A DNA stretch of 64,000 nucleotides from Candidatus Nanopelagicales bacterium (lineage in GTDB: Bacteria > Actinomycetota > Actinomycetes > S36-B12), in the NCBI GenBank assembly GCA_017854795.1, contig JAFMHB010000003.1, positions 81,076-145,075 on the forward strand, in the 5' to 3' direction. Numbering within the stretch: the stretch's first letter is position 1; the number at the start of each line of letters is the position of its first letter. Of this stretch, positions 9,725 to 18,672 are shown piece by piece. Under the pieces are notes generated by a model that had not been told where the DNA came from, did not search any database, and worked only from the letters and a program-made list of their open reading frames with translations. A program made the position numbers and the translations under genes.

Positions 9725-10423
9725 ATGAGCCAGCCAAAGATTATCGACGACAAGTGGGGCAAGGAAGCCATGATGCCCACCGTCGAGTTCTATCACACTG
9801 CTATTCGGCGCTTAGTAGCCGAGAAATTCGCAGCTTCGGGCAAAACTTGGGAGGAAGCGGTTGTCGATCCCAGCCTTGAACTGACACGCTCCGACTTTGA
9901 AAACATCGAGCAGCAGTTGCTAGCGACCGGCTATCTGTTTGAAACTTCTGCTCAGATCTCGTTCATTGAAGAACCAGGGAAGTACAAGCCCGTCCAAGGA
10001 GTCGGTGATTCCGGTACACAAGGCAAAGATGACCAGGGACGACTTATCGTTGGAACCGGCGACAACGTCTTCACAGCCCCAGATTTAGAGGGCACTGCCC
10101 GCTTTGTTGGTACGGTAGACGTAGTCATGGACATGCTGATCAATGGTGTTCCTGAAGGAACCATCGCGATCATTGATGACTCAGGTGGCACCTTGACCGC
10201 ACCCATCCTCGAAGGTTTCGCAGGCGTGGTCTGTATGGGTGGGACGATCCGTTCGCATCTCGGCATCCTCACCCGTGAATATGGCATCCCTTGCCTCATG
10301 GCATCTGAACTTGATGGACTTGTTGAGGGGGATCGCATTTTTGTCGAGTACTCCAAAGATGCCGCCAATGCATACGCCGAGCGTGATGACGCTGCCCGTG
10401 CCTTAATCGTGAAGATCTCCTGA
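9725..10423 (+). CDS. Stand-alone PEP-utilizing-enzyme swivelling phosphohistidine domain protein with an unknown N-terminal domain
   Basis: C-terminal GVVCMGGTIRSHLGILTREYGIPC matches the GGxxSHxxIxxRExGIP mobile-domain motif. No ATP-grasp or PEP-binding barrel is present. Confidence 0.85.
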   Translation: MSQPKIIDDKWGKEAMMPTVEFYHTAIRRLVAEKFAASGKTWEEAVVDPSLELTRSDFENIEQQLLATGYLFETSAQISFIEEPGKYKPVQGVGDSGTQGKDDQGRLIVGTGDNVFTAPDLEGTARFVGTVDVVMDMLINGVPEGTIAIIDDSGGTLTAPILEGFAGVVCMGGTIRSHLGILTREYGIPCLMASELDGLVEGDRIFVEYSKDAANAYAERDDAARALIVKIS

Positions 10424-10440
10424 AAGGGGAATTAAATCTA

Positions 10441-12015
10441 ATGACTTCGAACTACACATACGCAGAACTATTGGCGGACAATGCTTGGATCCGCAAATCC
10501 AGTGACATCTTTTACTGGCAGTGCACAACCCGAACCGTTCAGGAGTCCAAGCTCTTCCCGGTGAACCCGTATATCGCTCTGTCGTACTACAACTGCTGGT
10601 ATCGATACCCTGAACTGCTGCGCAAGATCGACGCGGCAATGCCGGCGGAAGAGATTGGTGACCGTGCTCGAGAAGTATCCACGGGCGTTAACACGATCAT
10701 GCTGGGAATCATCCAGCAATTCTACTTGGGCGGCCGCCAGTTCCTCATGGATATGGGCATGATCAATGCAACCGACGGCATCGACGACATGAAGTTCGTT
10801 CTCGATTTCACACGGCGTGCCAACCTTGGATATCACCGACAGAATTCATACGTTCTCAATAGCGATGACAATAACAAGGGTCAGATACACCCGGAACGCA
10901 CTCTTCAAGTTTTTGAAGCCGACGCGCTCGGATGCAAGCCCGGGGACAAACTACATAACGCTGTAGTGCGTTTCTTGGCGACGGCATCCCAGTACGCATT
11001 CCTTAAAAACTGTGAGTGCCGACTCGGCATTAACAATAGTGGTCCATACAAGGTGGGCAACAATGAAATGCTCGTTCGAGATTTCATTGACTTGGCTGAG
11101 GGCGACTACCCCTGGCTAGATGGAGTTACAGCCGACATTGAGTACAACAACCTGACCATGCCGGTCATTATGAAAGATACTCATTTCAACATTGTCGACG
11201 ACTGGGGTTCTTTCGAAGCTACCCCTTCATATGACCACGACAATATGATCGCCGTCGGTCTCTACACATCTGATTACCTCTCCAACGGTTACCTTCCAGT
11301 GCACATGAATAACGCAAGTGACCTAGCGGACTATCTTGATCACAGTCGCGAAACCATGGCGACGGCAACATCAGAATTGTGGAAGCGAATTTCAGGCTGG
11401 ACGCGTGATCAAATGGTTGATGCTGGTGCGTTGGTCTACTACTCGGTCGCTAAGGACCTTGCTCACTTTGCAGGCGTCTACGAGCAGAACGACTGGATGC
11501 AACTTGAAGAGCGCACTCAACGACTCAAGCCGATCATGAACGATGAATACGGTAATCACGCTATCGCTGAGTTGGTCGGTTACATCTCTCTCAGCAGCCA
11601 GCAGAACAACCCGTACAACATGAACAAGTGGTCGGATCAACCCAATGACATGTGGTCGGCTATCCCGTATTCGGTCCTTGAAGGTAACGAGTGGACCGCT
11701 TCGGTGGGTCCAATTCGCGCAGGAAGTACTTCACTTCCACCAAAGACCCAGAAGTACACGACGACTCAAGGCAAGTTGACTCAGGACGAGTGCAACGCAG
11801 CGGCTCGCAAGTTCGTCTCGGGTCCCGTTGCTGCTGGGTCCAAGATCTACGACGATTCGTGGATCAAGTACAACTACGCATCTCCTGAAGCAAATAACCT
11901 TTACAAGGCAACGCAAGAAAACTCGCGTTTGCTCAAGGGCAAGGGAGCAGGCCTTTCTCGGGCTGACATTGACGCTATCCGTATAGCAGCTGGAGAGCAG
12001 CCACTCGGAGGCTGA
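10441..12015 (+). CDS. Hypothetical soluble protein, 524 aa
   Basis: Long ORF with an RBS (GAAAGGGG), rich in aromatic and Asp residues, with a CECR motif and a strong hairpin downstream. No family recognised. Confidence 0.85.
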   Translation: MTSNYTYAELLADNAWIRKSSDIFYWQCTTRTVQESKLFPVNPYIALSYYNCWYRYPELLRKIDAAMPAEEIGDRAREVSTGVNTIMLGIIQQFYLGGRQFLMDMGMINATDGIDDMKFVLDFTRRANLGYHRQNSYVLNSDDNNKGQIHPERTLQVFEADALGCKPGDKLHNAVVRFLATASQYAFLKNCECRLGINNSGPYKVGNNEMLVRDFIDLAEGDYPWLDGVTADIEYNNLTMPVIMKDTHFNIVDDWGSFEATPSYDHDNMIAVGLYTSDYLSNGYLPVHMNNASDLADYLDHSRETMATATSELWKRISGWTRDQMVDAGALVYYSVAKDLAHFAGVYEQNDWMQLEERTQRLKPIMNDEYGNHAIAELVGYISLSSQQNNPYNMNKWSDQPNDMWSAIPYSVLEGNEWTASVGPIRAGSTSLPPKTQKYTTTQGKLTQDECNAAARKFVSGPVAAGSKIYDDSWIKYNYASPEANNLYKATQENSRLLKGKGAGLSRADIDAIRIAAGEQPLGG

Positions 12016-12030
12016 GCTTCAACCATTGCG

Positions 12031-12064
12031 TTGGGGGTGAGTCAGATTCTTGACTCACCCCCAA
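12031..12064 (+). terminator. Stem-loop terminator/stabiliser after the 9725-12015 operon
   Basis: TTGGGGGTGAGTCA-GATTCT-TGACTCACCCCCAA, a perfect 14-bp stem. Confidence 0.8.
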
Positions 12065-12100
12065 ACTATTTGTGCATGTTGATCCGAAAGGGGTATCCAG

Positions 12101-12853
12101 ATGGGAAATCTTGATGGACGAATCGCAATTGTCACGGGGGCTGGTGCAGGAATCGGCGCTGCTTGTGCACGTGAATTAGCAAGGCGAGGAGCGATCGTCG
12201 TGGTCAGCGACATCAACGCATCGGCAGCTCAGCGGGTCGCCGCCGAGATAACGAGCACCGGCGGCAACGCTACTTCCTCTATGACAGATGTCCGCGAACC
12301 TGAAGCGCTCGTAGCACTTGTCAAGCAAACGGTTAGCGAGCGCGGGCGGCTAGACATTGCAGTCAACAACGCCGGCATCAGCGCTGAACAGCTCCCCATT
12401 GCGGATCTGACCCCAGAACTGTGGCGCAAGACATTGGACATCAATATTGATGGGGTCTTTTTTAGCATGCGCGCAGAAATTCCAGCAATGATCGTCGGCG
12501 GTGGCGGTTCAATCATTAACATGGGCTCGATCTTGAGCAGTATTGCGTGGCCCAATGCTGCTGCCTACACCACATCCAAGCATGCAGTCTTGGGCATGAC
12601 CAGAAGTGCCGCCTTGGACTACGCGTCAGTTGGTATCCGAGTCAACGCTGTCGGCCCAGGCTTTGTGAGCACGGACCTTGTTCGCAATGCCTTGTCGCCA
12701 GAGGTGTTCAACGAGCTCGCATCCATGCACCCGATCGGACGCATGGGTTCCCCTGATGATGTCGCCAAGTTAGTAGCTTTTCTTGCCAGTGATGACTCAG
12801 CAAACATCACCGGTGGCTACCAAGTAACCGACGGCGGCTTCTCTATCCGCTAA
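12101..12853 (+). CDS. Classical SDR, secondary-alcohol dehydrogenase-like
   Basis: TGAGAGIG, NNAGI, YTTSK, HPIGRMG. The Asp after beta2 (VSDIN) suggests NAD use. Confidence 0.88.
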   Translation: MGNLDGRIAIVTGAGAGIGAACARELARRGAIVVVSDINASAAQRVAAEITSTGGNATSSMTDVREPEALVALVKQTVSERGRLDIAVNNAGISAEQLPIADLTPELWRKTLDINIDGVFFSMRAEIPAMIVGGGGSIINMGSILSSIAWPNAAAYTTSKHAVLGMTRSAALDYASVGIRVNAVGPGFVSTDLVRNALSPEVFNELASMHPIGRMGSPDDVAKLVAFLASDDSANITGGYQVTDGGFSIR

Positions 12854-14030
12854 TACTTCTAACCATCATCGGTACGGGACGGAATACCACCAATGCAACA
12901 CCTAGGAGGGCTAAAGCGGGAACAATGAGGAACGCCCATTGCAATCCAAATCCATCTGCCATTGCACCGAGCGCGAATGGAGCAATCATGACCGCGATGC
13001 CCGCGGCCATCGTGCCGGTGCCGGATGCTCGGTCTGCAAATTGTGGTGCACTGCGAATGGAGCGGCCTATCGCTAAGGGCCAGTGTAAGCCAACTCCACA
13101 ACCGGTAATCACTAAGAATAGCAACATAATTCCGACATTTGGGATTGACCAGACTACCAAGAATGCCAAGCCACTGAGTGTGAAAGCTCCTATCAAAAGT
13201 CGCTCTGGATTCACCCGCTCTGCAATGCGACTGCCAACCACCCTGCCAAGCAGTAAACCAATGACGATACCGACCAAGGCGGCTTGCTCGGCACCGCCAT
13301 CCAATCCACCGCGCTCTTTCAGGTAATCCGTACTCCACAGTGCTAGGCAATATTCAATACCTGCCGCTGGAAGCATCGTGAGTGCAGTCCACCAAAACAA
13401 TTTCGGGAGATCACGCACTTTGCTTGGCAATTCACGTGTATCTCCCCGACCGTCGTACTCGCGCACACTTCTGCCTCGAAAAATTTCAACAAGGAGAAAG
13501 CACAAGGCGACGGTCCACAGTGCTGGGCGCCAGCCCCATCCAATTGCAATTCCTACTCCCGCGACGACGGGCCCAATAAAACTCGCTACCGCAGCTAATG
13601 CGCTCGCCTCAGATAATGCTGCGGGTGCGGCTAAGCCCTGCTGTGCGCTAACAAACGCGCTCACGCCCGATACGGCAAGTGCGCCTCCACATGCCGCGAT
13701 GAACGTACCAACTAATGTGACTGCAAATGGTAATCCACAAGTTATCATCAAAATGCCGGCTATAACAACGCATGACCCGAGCCTCATGCTGCCACCACGA
13801 CCCAGTTTTCCAGCCACTCGAGCATTGAGCCCGGACATCACCACTAAACCTAGAGCTATGGCAGTTCCATAGAGGCCTGCAACGGTCAAGGAGATGCCCT
13901 GCTCAGCAGTTAATGAAGCACGTGTCGCACCAAATGCGTATACCCAAGCCCCGTAGGCTCCCATCAAAAAGTAGGTCACCCAAGTTGTTTTCACTCGGGT
14001 AGGGCGCAATTCAACTTGTGAATTCTGCAT
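12843..14030 (-). CDS. MFS transporter
   Basis: About 12 TM segments and GKLGR / GRVVGSRIAER motif-A-like loops. Confidence 0.85.
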   Translation of the reverse strand: MQNSQVELRPTRVKTTWVTYFLMGAYGAWVYAFGATRASLTAEQGISLTVAGLYGTAIALGLVVMSGLNARVAGKLGRGGSMRLGSCVVIAGILMITCGLPFAVTLVGTFIAACGGALAVSGVSAFVSAQQGLAAPAALSEASALAAVASFIGPVVAGVGIAIGWGWRPALWTVALCFLLVEIFRGRSVREYDGRGDTRELPSKVRDLPKLFWWTALTMLPAAGIEYCLALWSTDYLKERGGLDGGAEQAALVGIVIGLLLGRVVGSRIAERVNPERLLIGAFTLSGLAFLVVWSIPNVGIMLLFLVITGCGVGLHWPLAIGRSIRSAPQFADRASGTGTMAAGIAVMIAPFALGAMADGFGLQWAFLIVPALALLGVALVVFRPVPMMVRSISG

Positions 14031-14108
14031 AATGAACTGTAATCGGTTTTGTTGTGCCGTATCCCTAGTTTCTCAACTGTTCACTTTGTTCATCAGTTAT
14101 TTGCGGAA

Positions 14109-15863
14109 TTATTTCTCCCGTGCAACTCTGACCGCGAGAACTTGAAGAGGGAGAACCGGCCGTGCAACAACTCGCGAGATGCCAGCATCAAGGGCGGCCT
14201 TCATCCCCGCTGGGGTCGACAACAGGGAACCGCGCACGCACTGAGCACCGACCAAGATCGAAGCTAAACCGGCAAAATCAATAGTGTTACCTTCAATACC
14301 CACACCAAACCCGGCTGCATCAAGATCCAATACCCCACCAGGATCTGATTCCACTACGTCGATCGGTGCGTAATCTTGCGCCCATTTTGCGAATTGGGTC
14401 AGCCAAAGGTCGTCAGAGATGCCGGTCTCAATCATGGGCATCTCGCCGAGGTAGACGCGTCCACCTTCACCGTCAACAGTGAGTAACTTGCCAGCCAAAC
14501 TTTGCGCCACTCCCTCACCTACGCCGACCACGCTCGGTCTACCCAATGCCCGGGTAACAACGGCCGCATGCGAGGTTGATCCACCAAGTTCGGTGACAAC
14601 CGCGACGGCTGCGATCATGCCGTGTACATCGTTCGGGCTTGTATTGGGGCGAACCAAAACTATTGACTCGCCTTCGGCTGTACGTCGCTCTGCTTCATCC
14701 GGATCAATTACACCGATCCCACAGGCGACACCAGGACAGGCGGGCTCACCACTTGCGGTCAGATGTTTTTCACTGTGCACCGGATCAAGTTTCGGAAGCA
14801 AGACGGTTCGAACTTGCTCAGGTGTAACTCTCGCTACCGCTTCTTCTGCCGTTATCGCACCTTCGCTAGCTAGATCCACTGCGATTCGGATTGCTGCTTG
14901 CGGGGATCGCTTTGCCGATCGGGTTTGAAGTAGGTACAGGCGCCCCTCTTGCACCGTGAACTCGATATCTTGAACTTCACCATGCTCGCGTTCAAGAATA
15001 TTGGCCCAAACAAGTAGCTCTTCATGAACATCAGGCATGGCACTTTCCAGCGTCACCATGTCTTGGACTGCGTGCGTTCCACCCACTACGTCATCACCTT
15101 GACCGCCGGGCAACCACTCGCCATAAGGTTTTGGATCACCCGAAAGTGGGTTGCGAGTGAACAGGACGCCGGTGCCCGATCGATCGCCGAGGTTTCCGAA
15201 CACCATTGCCTGTACCGTTACGGCGGTGCCGCCAACCTCGTTCATATTCCAGTGTCGGCGATAAGCTTTCGCCCTTGGCGAGTCCCATGAGTTAAAGACC
15301 GCGCAGATTGCGCCACTCAGCTGCTGAAAAGGGTCTCGTGGTATTTCCTCATCTGTATCCGTTAGTACTTCTGCACGTATTTCCTCAGCACTCATGCCAC
15401 CGCTATAAGTTTCAAGATCTGCTTTGAGGACAACATCTCCATACTGGTGACAAAAGCGCGCGTGCGTATCAAGTGCGTACTCGGCATTTCCTGTGAGATT
15501 GGCCAAGCCAACTTCAACCCCATCAGTGACTCCGAGGTTCAATACAGTGTCCATCATCCCTGGCATGCTGATTGCCGCGCCCGATCGGACAGAGACCAGC
15601 AGTGGAGCTTCCGGGTCGCCGAATCGCCTGCCGGTCATAGTTTCGAGGTAGGCGATGCCCTCAAGGACACCGGTCCAAACTTCATCCTCTAAAACCGCAC
15701 CACCCTCGTGGTATTTGCTGCACTCACTGACCGGTAAAACGAAAGCCGGAGGAACCCGAAGTCCCAAACTCAACATGCGACCGATACTCCAGGCCTTGCC
15801 ACCAATGAGTTCCCGTGGTGGAAGTTGGGTTCCTTCCAGACAAATCACGCGCGATTCGGACAT
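14109..15863 (-). CDS. Truncated pyruvate,phosphate dikinase-like protein (ATP-grasp + phospho-His domain, no PEP/pyruvate TIM barrel)
   Basis: IGGKA, LLVSVRSGAAISMPGMMDT, VQAMVFGN, QDIEFTVQEG, LLQTR and GGSTSHAAVVTR are present. The protein ends about 110 aa later without GLCRTEHM/GTNDL motifs. Confidence 0.88.
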   Translation of the reverse strand: MSESRVICLEGTQLPPRELIGGKAWSIGRMLSLGLRVPPAFVLPVSECSKYHEGGAVLEDEVWTGVLEGIAYLETMTGRRFGDPEAPLLVSVRSGAAISMPGMMDTVLNLGVTDGVEVGLANLTGNAEYALDTHARFCHQYGDVVLKADLETYSGGMSAEEIRAEVLTDTDEEIPRDPFQQLSGAICAVFNSWDSPRAKAYRRHWNMNEVGGTAVTVQAMVFGNLGDRSGTGVLFTRNPLSGDPKPYGEWLPGGQGDDVVGGTHAVQDMVTLESAMPDVHEELLVWANILEREHGEVQDIEFTVQEGRLYLLQTRSAKRSPQAAIRIAVDLASEGAITAEEAVARVTPEQVRTVLLPKLDPVHSEKHLTASGEPACPGVACGIGVIDPDEAERRTAEGESIVLVRPNTSPNDVHGMIAAVAVVTELGGSTSHAAVVTRALGRPSVVGVGEGVAQSLAGKLLTVDGEGGRVYLGEMPMIETGISDDLWLTQFAKWAQDYAPIDVVESDPGGVLDLDAAGFGVGIEGNTIDFAGLASILVGAQCVRGSLLSTPAGMKAALDAGISRVVARPVLPLQVLAVRVAREK

Positions 15864-15865
15864 CA

Positions 15866-16471
15866 CTACTCCTGACGTGTACGGCCGAGCATGCGGAGAA
15901 GATCCTCATGCAACTCGAACCAAACGGTGTGGTAACTATCGATACGGACGCCACTAACCCAATCAATTTCCCCTGCAAGCACTCGGTCGTAGGCTGATTC
16001 AAGTCGTTCGAGATACCTCGTCAATCGAGGCTGGGCCTCTGCGCAGCGACCGACTACTCGCTCGGCTCGCTCGTGAAGGTCGCCAAGTCGGTCGATAATC
16101 CCATTGTCATAATCCTTATCTTCATGATCATTGGGGATCCGAGTTGAACCCGTCGGCACGGTCTGCCAATCGGTAAACAGGGCCAGCAGTCCGGTGTTCA
16201 CTTTTTCAAACCGTTCATAAGCAGCGGTTAAGGCGCCGTCCTCACGGGCCGCCGCGAAGACAATCGGGTATTGGGCTGCAAGCATGGTTTGGCCATCAGG
16301 GGCAACCATGTACGTTCCTCGAGCACCAGCGACTAAACCTTTACCTGCAGCGGCCTCTAGCGCGGCGGTCACTTCTTCTTCATTGAGCCCCAGCAGATCC
16401 GCAACAGCCGCCGGCCCCGCCGCCTTGCGAACTGCCAATCCGTGAACTGCTAAAAATTCGATGTCGGTCAT
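15866..16471 (-). CDS. Rv1126c-like protein (N-terminal wHTH + conserved helical domain), partner of the truncated PPDK
   Basis: The C-terminal IDSYHTVWFELHEDLL and TDWQ..PNDH.D..YD motifs match my recollection of M. tuberculosis Rv1126c. Start at ATG 16471 (GAAGGA RBS); the stop abuts the PPDK-like start. Confidence 0.75.
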   Translation of the reverse strand: MTDIEFLAVHGLAVRKAAGPAAVADLLGLNEEEVTAALEAAAGKGLVAGARGTYMVAPDGQTMLAAQYPIVFAAAREDGALTAAYERFEKVNTGLLALFTDWQTVPTGSTRIPNDHEDKDYDNGIIDRLGDLHERAERVVGRCAEAQPRLTRYLERLESAYDRVLAGEIDWVSGVRIDSYHTVWFELHEDLLRMLGRTRQE

Positions 16472-16664
16472 ATTGCCGTCCTTCAAGAGATTCGATTCCG
16501 ATTCAGTTTTACACATTAAGTTGAAGTGCATCATTGTGTTATGAACTCGTCCAGGAAATCGGAAAATCAGTGTGTTATTCCACACACCCATTCGATAATG
16601 GGATTCTCGTATTTCTCGATCGCTCTTGTGGCAAGAACATAATTTTTTATTCTATTGCGTTAAA

Positions 16665-16692
16665 ACTAACGTATGTTAGTCTAGCGTATGTT
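16665..16692. promoter_or_regulatory. Palindrome ACTAAC-GTAT-GTTAGT plus a tandem partial copy, TetR-like operator candidate
   Basis: Sits in the AT-rich divergent region between the Rv1126c-like gene and the acyl-CoA dehydrogenase. CTAACGTATGTT is repeated as CTAGCGTATGTT 15 bp downstream. Confidence 0.5.
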
Positions 16693-16733
16693 TTGAAGGT
16701 TTACCGTCATTGCTCTCGAAAGGACAATCGTTA

Positions 16734-17879
16734 ATGAAGCGCACCATTTTCAACGAGGACCACAATGCCTTTCGAAAAAGTTCTCGGGCATTCGTCGAGC
16801 GAACCCTTGAGCCCGGTTACGGATCATTTGTTGATAACAAGGAGATCTCGAGAGAAGTTTGGATTGAAGCCGGACGCAATGAACTCTTAGGCCTCGATGT
16901 TCCGGAAGAGTTTGGTGGTGTCGATGCTGGGGACTACCGTTTCAATGCGGTACTAGGAGAAGAACTCGCTCGTGCCTCGATGGCATTCAACTCATGCTTC
17001 CAGATGCACTTCGATGTGACACTTCCTTACATCGTTAAGTACGGGACTACCGAGCAGAAACAACGCTGGTTGCCAGGAGCGTGTTCGGGAGAGATTCTTA
17101 CTACGGTGGCAATGACTGAGCCCTCCGGTGGGTCTGATCTTGCCGCCCTTCGCTCAAGCGCAGTGCAATCCGGTACAGACTGGATAATCAATGGCTCCAA
17201 GACTTTCATTACAAACGGCTACACGGCCGACTTGGTTGTTGTTGCAGTCAAAACCAGTCCCGACAAGGGCGCAAAAGGGATCACCTTATTTGCGGTAGAG
17301 GATGGGATGCCTGGTTTCGAGCGCGGACGAAAACTTGACAAGGTCGGGCAGCCGGAAGCCAATACTGCTGAACTGTTTTTCCAAGATGTACGAGTCCCTG
17401 CCGAAAACATCATCGGTGAAGTAGATCGTGGATTCATTCAGATGATGGAGCAACTGCCGCAAGAGCGAATTGGTGCGGCCGTAGGTAACCTCGCCCATGT
17501 TGCCGCGATCCTTGATGAGACCCTCGAGTACGCCAAAGAGCGTCAGGCTTTCGGCCAGTCAATTGGCTCTTTCCAACACAATAAGTTCTTGCTGGCTGAG
17601 CTGTACACCCGAATTGAAGTGAGTCAGGTGTATGTCGACGCTTGTGTATTGGCCCACTCGGAGGGAGAGCTCTCTGCGGTTGACGCCGCCAAAGTGAAGT
17701 ACTGGACAGCAGATGTCCAAAATGATGTGCTCGATGCTTGTGTACAGCTCTACGGTGGTTACGGCTACATGCGCGAATATCGGGTGGCTCAAGCCTGGAT
17801 GGATGCCCGGGTAACCAAGATCTGGGGAGGCACTAATGAAATCATGAAGGAAATAATTGGGCGAGATTTAGGCCTCTAA
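16734..17879 (+). CDS. Acyl-CoA dehydrogenase (long-chain-specific/FadE20-like)
   Basis: AMTEPSGGSDL, NGSKTFITNG, ERQAFGQ, QLYGGYGYM, IWGGTNEIM. Start at ATG 16734. Confidence 0.93.
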   Translation: MKRTIFNEDHNAFRKSSRAFVERTLEPGYGSFVDNKEISREVWIEAGRNELLGLDVPEEFGGVDAGDYRFNAVLGEELARASMAFNSCFQMHFDVTLPYIVKYGTTEQKQRWLPGACSGEILTTVAMTEPSGGSDLAALRSSAVQSGTDWIINGSKTFITNGYTADLVVVAVKTSPDKGAKGITLFAVEDGMPGFERGRKLDKVGQPEANTAELFFQDVRVPAENIIGEVDRGFIQMMEQLPQERIGAAVGNLAHVAAILDETLEYAKERQAFGQSIGSFQHNKFLLAELYTRIEVSQVYVDACVLAHSEGELSAVDAAKVKYWTADVQNDVLDACVQLYGGYGYMREYRVAQAWMDARVTKIWGGTNEIMKEIIGRDLGL

Positions 17880-17928
17880 CGCTAGTAAGCAACCACACAA
17901 TTTCATTCAAACTCAACCAAGGAATCCC

Positions 17929-18666
17929 ATGCCAAACTTGACTTTTAACTTCACGCAACAAACAGTGATAGTTACCGGGGCCGCACGCGGCGTCGGGCTT
18001 GAACTCGCTCGATTCTTTGCTGAGGCCGGTGCCGATGTTGTGGCCGTCGACTTCGATGGTGATGTCCTAGCAAGTGCGGTAGCCGATTTCAACGCCTTTG
18101 CTATCCAGGCCGATGTCAGCAACACCGTTGACGTCCAGCGCGTTGTTGACGCCACTGTCAATAAATTTGGTCAAATAGATGTTTTGGTCAACAACGCCGG
18201 AATTCTCCGGGATGGTGTTCTGTGGAAGATGACCGATGAGGATTGGGATGCAGTCTTGGCAGTTCATGCTGGTGGCACTTTCAAGTTCACACGTGCTTGT
18301 GTCCCACATTTTCGCGCCCGATCCTACGGACGAATCATCAACGTCACCTCCTACACCGGATTGCGTGGCAACACCGGACAGGCCAACTACGCCACCGCGA
18401 AGGCTGGGATCATTGGATTTACAAAAACTGCCGCAAAAGAACTGGCACGTTTCGGGATTTCTGTCAATGCGATCTCACCGAACGCGGAGACGCGCATGGT
18501 TGCAGCGATTCCGCCAGAAAAATTAGCTGAACTCGCAGCGACAATTCCCATGGGTCGTTTTGCACAACCGTCAGAAATGTGTGCAGCCGTGGGTTTCCTG
18601 GCGTCAGACGTCTCGGGTTACATTACAGGCGTGGTTTTACCTGTTGATGGTGGAATTTCAATGTAA
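17929..18666 (+). CDS. 3-oxoacyl-ACP/CoA reductase (FabG-like SDR)
   Basis: TGAARGVG, NNAGILRD, GNTGQANYATAK. Confidence 0.9.
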   Translation: MPNLTFNFTQQTVIVTGAARGVGLELARFFAEAGADVVAVDFDGDVLASAVADFNAFAIQADVSNTVDVQRVVDATVNKFGQIDVLVNNAGILRDGVLWKMTDEDWDAVLAVHAGGTFKFTRACVPHFRARSYGRIINVTSYTGLRGNTGQANYATAKAGIIGFTKTAAKELARFGISVNAISPNAETRMVAAIPPEKLAELAATIPMGRFAQPSEMCAAVGFLASDVSGYITGVVLPVDGGISM

Positions 18667-18672
18667 GTGTGG

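Noticed and set aside
14109-15863. Calling this gene a canonical ppdK (gluconeogenic PPDK)
   Set aside because: It lacks the C-terminal PEP/pyruvate-binding barrel, so it cannot be a complete PPDK on its own.
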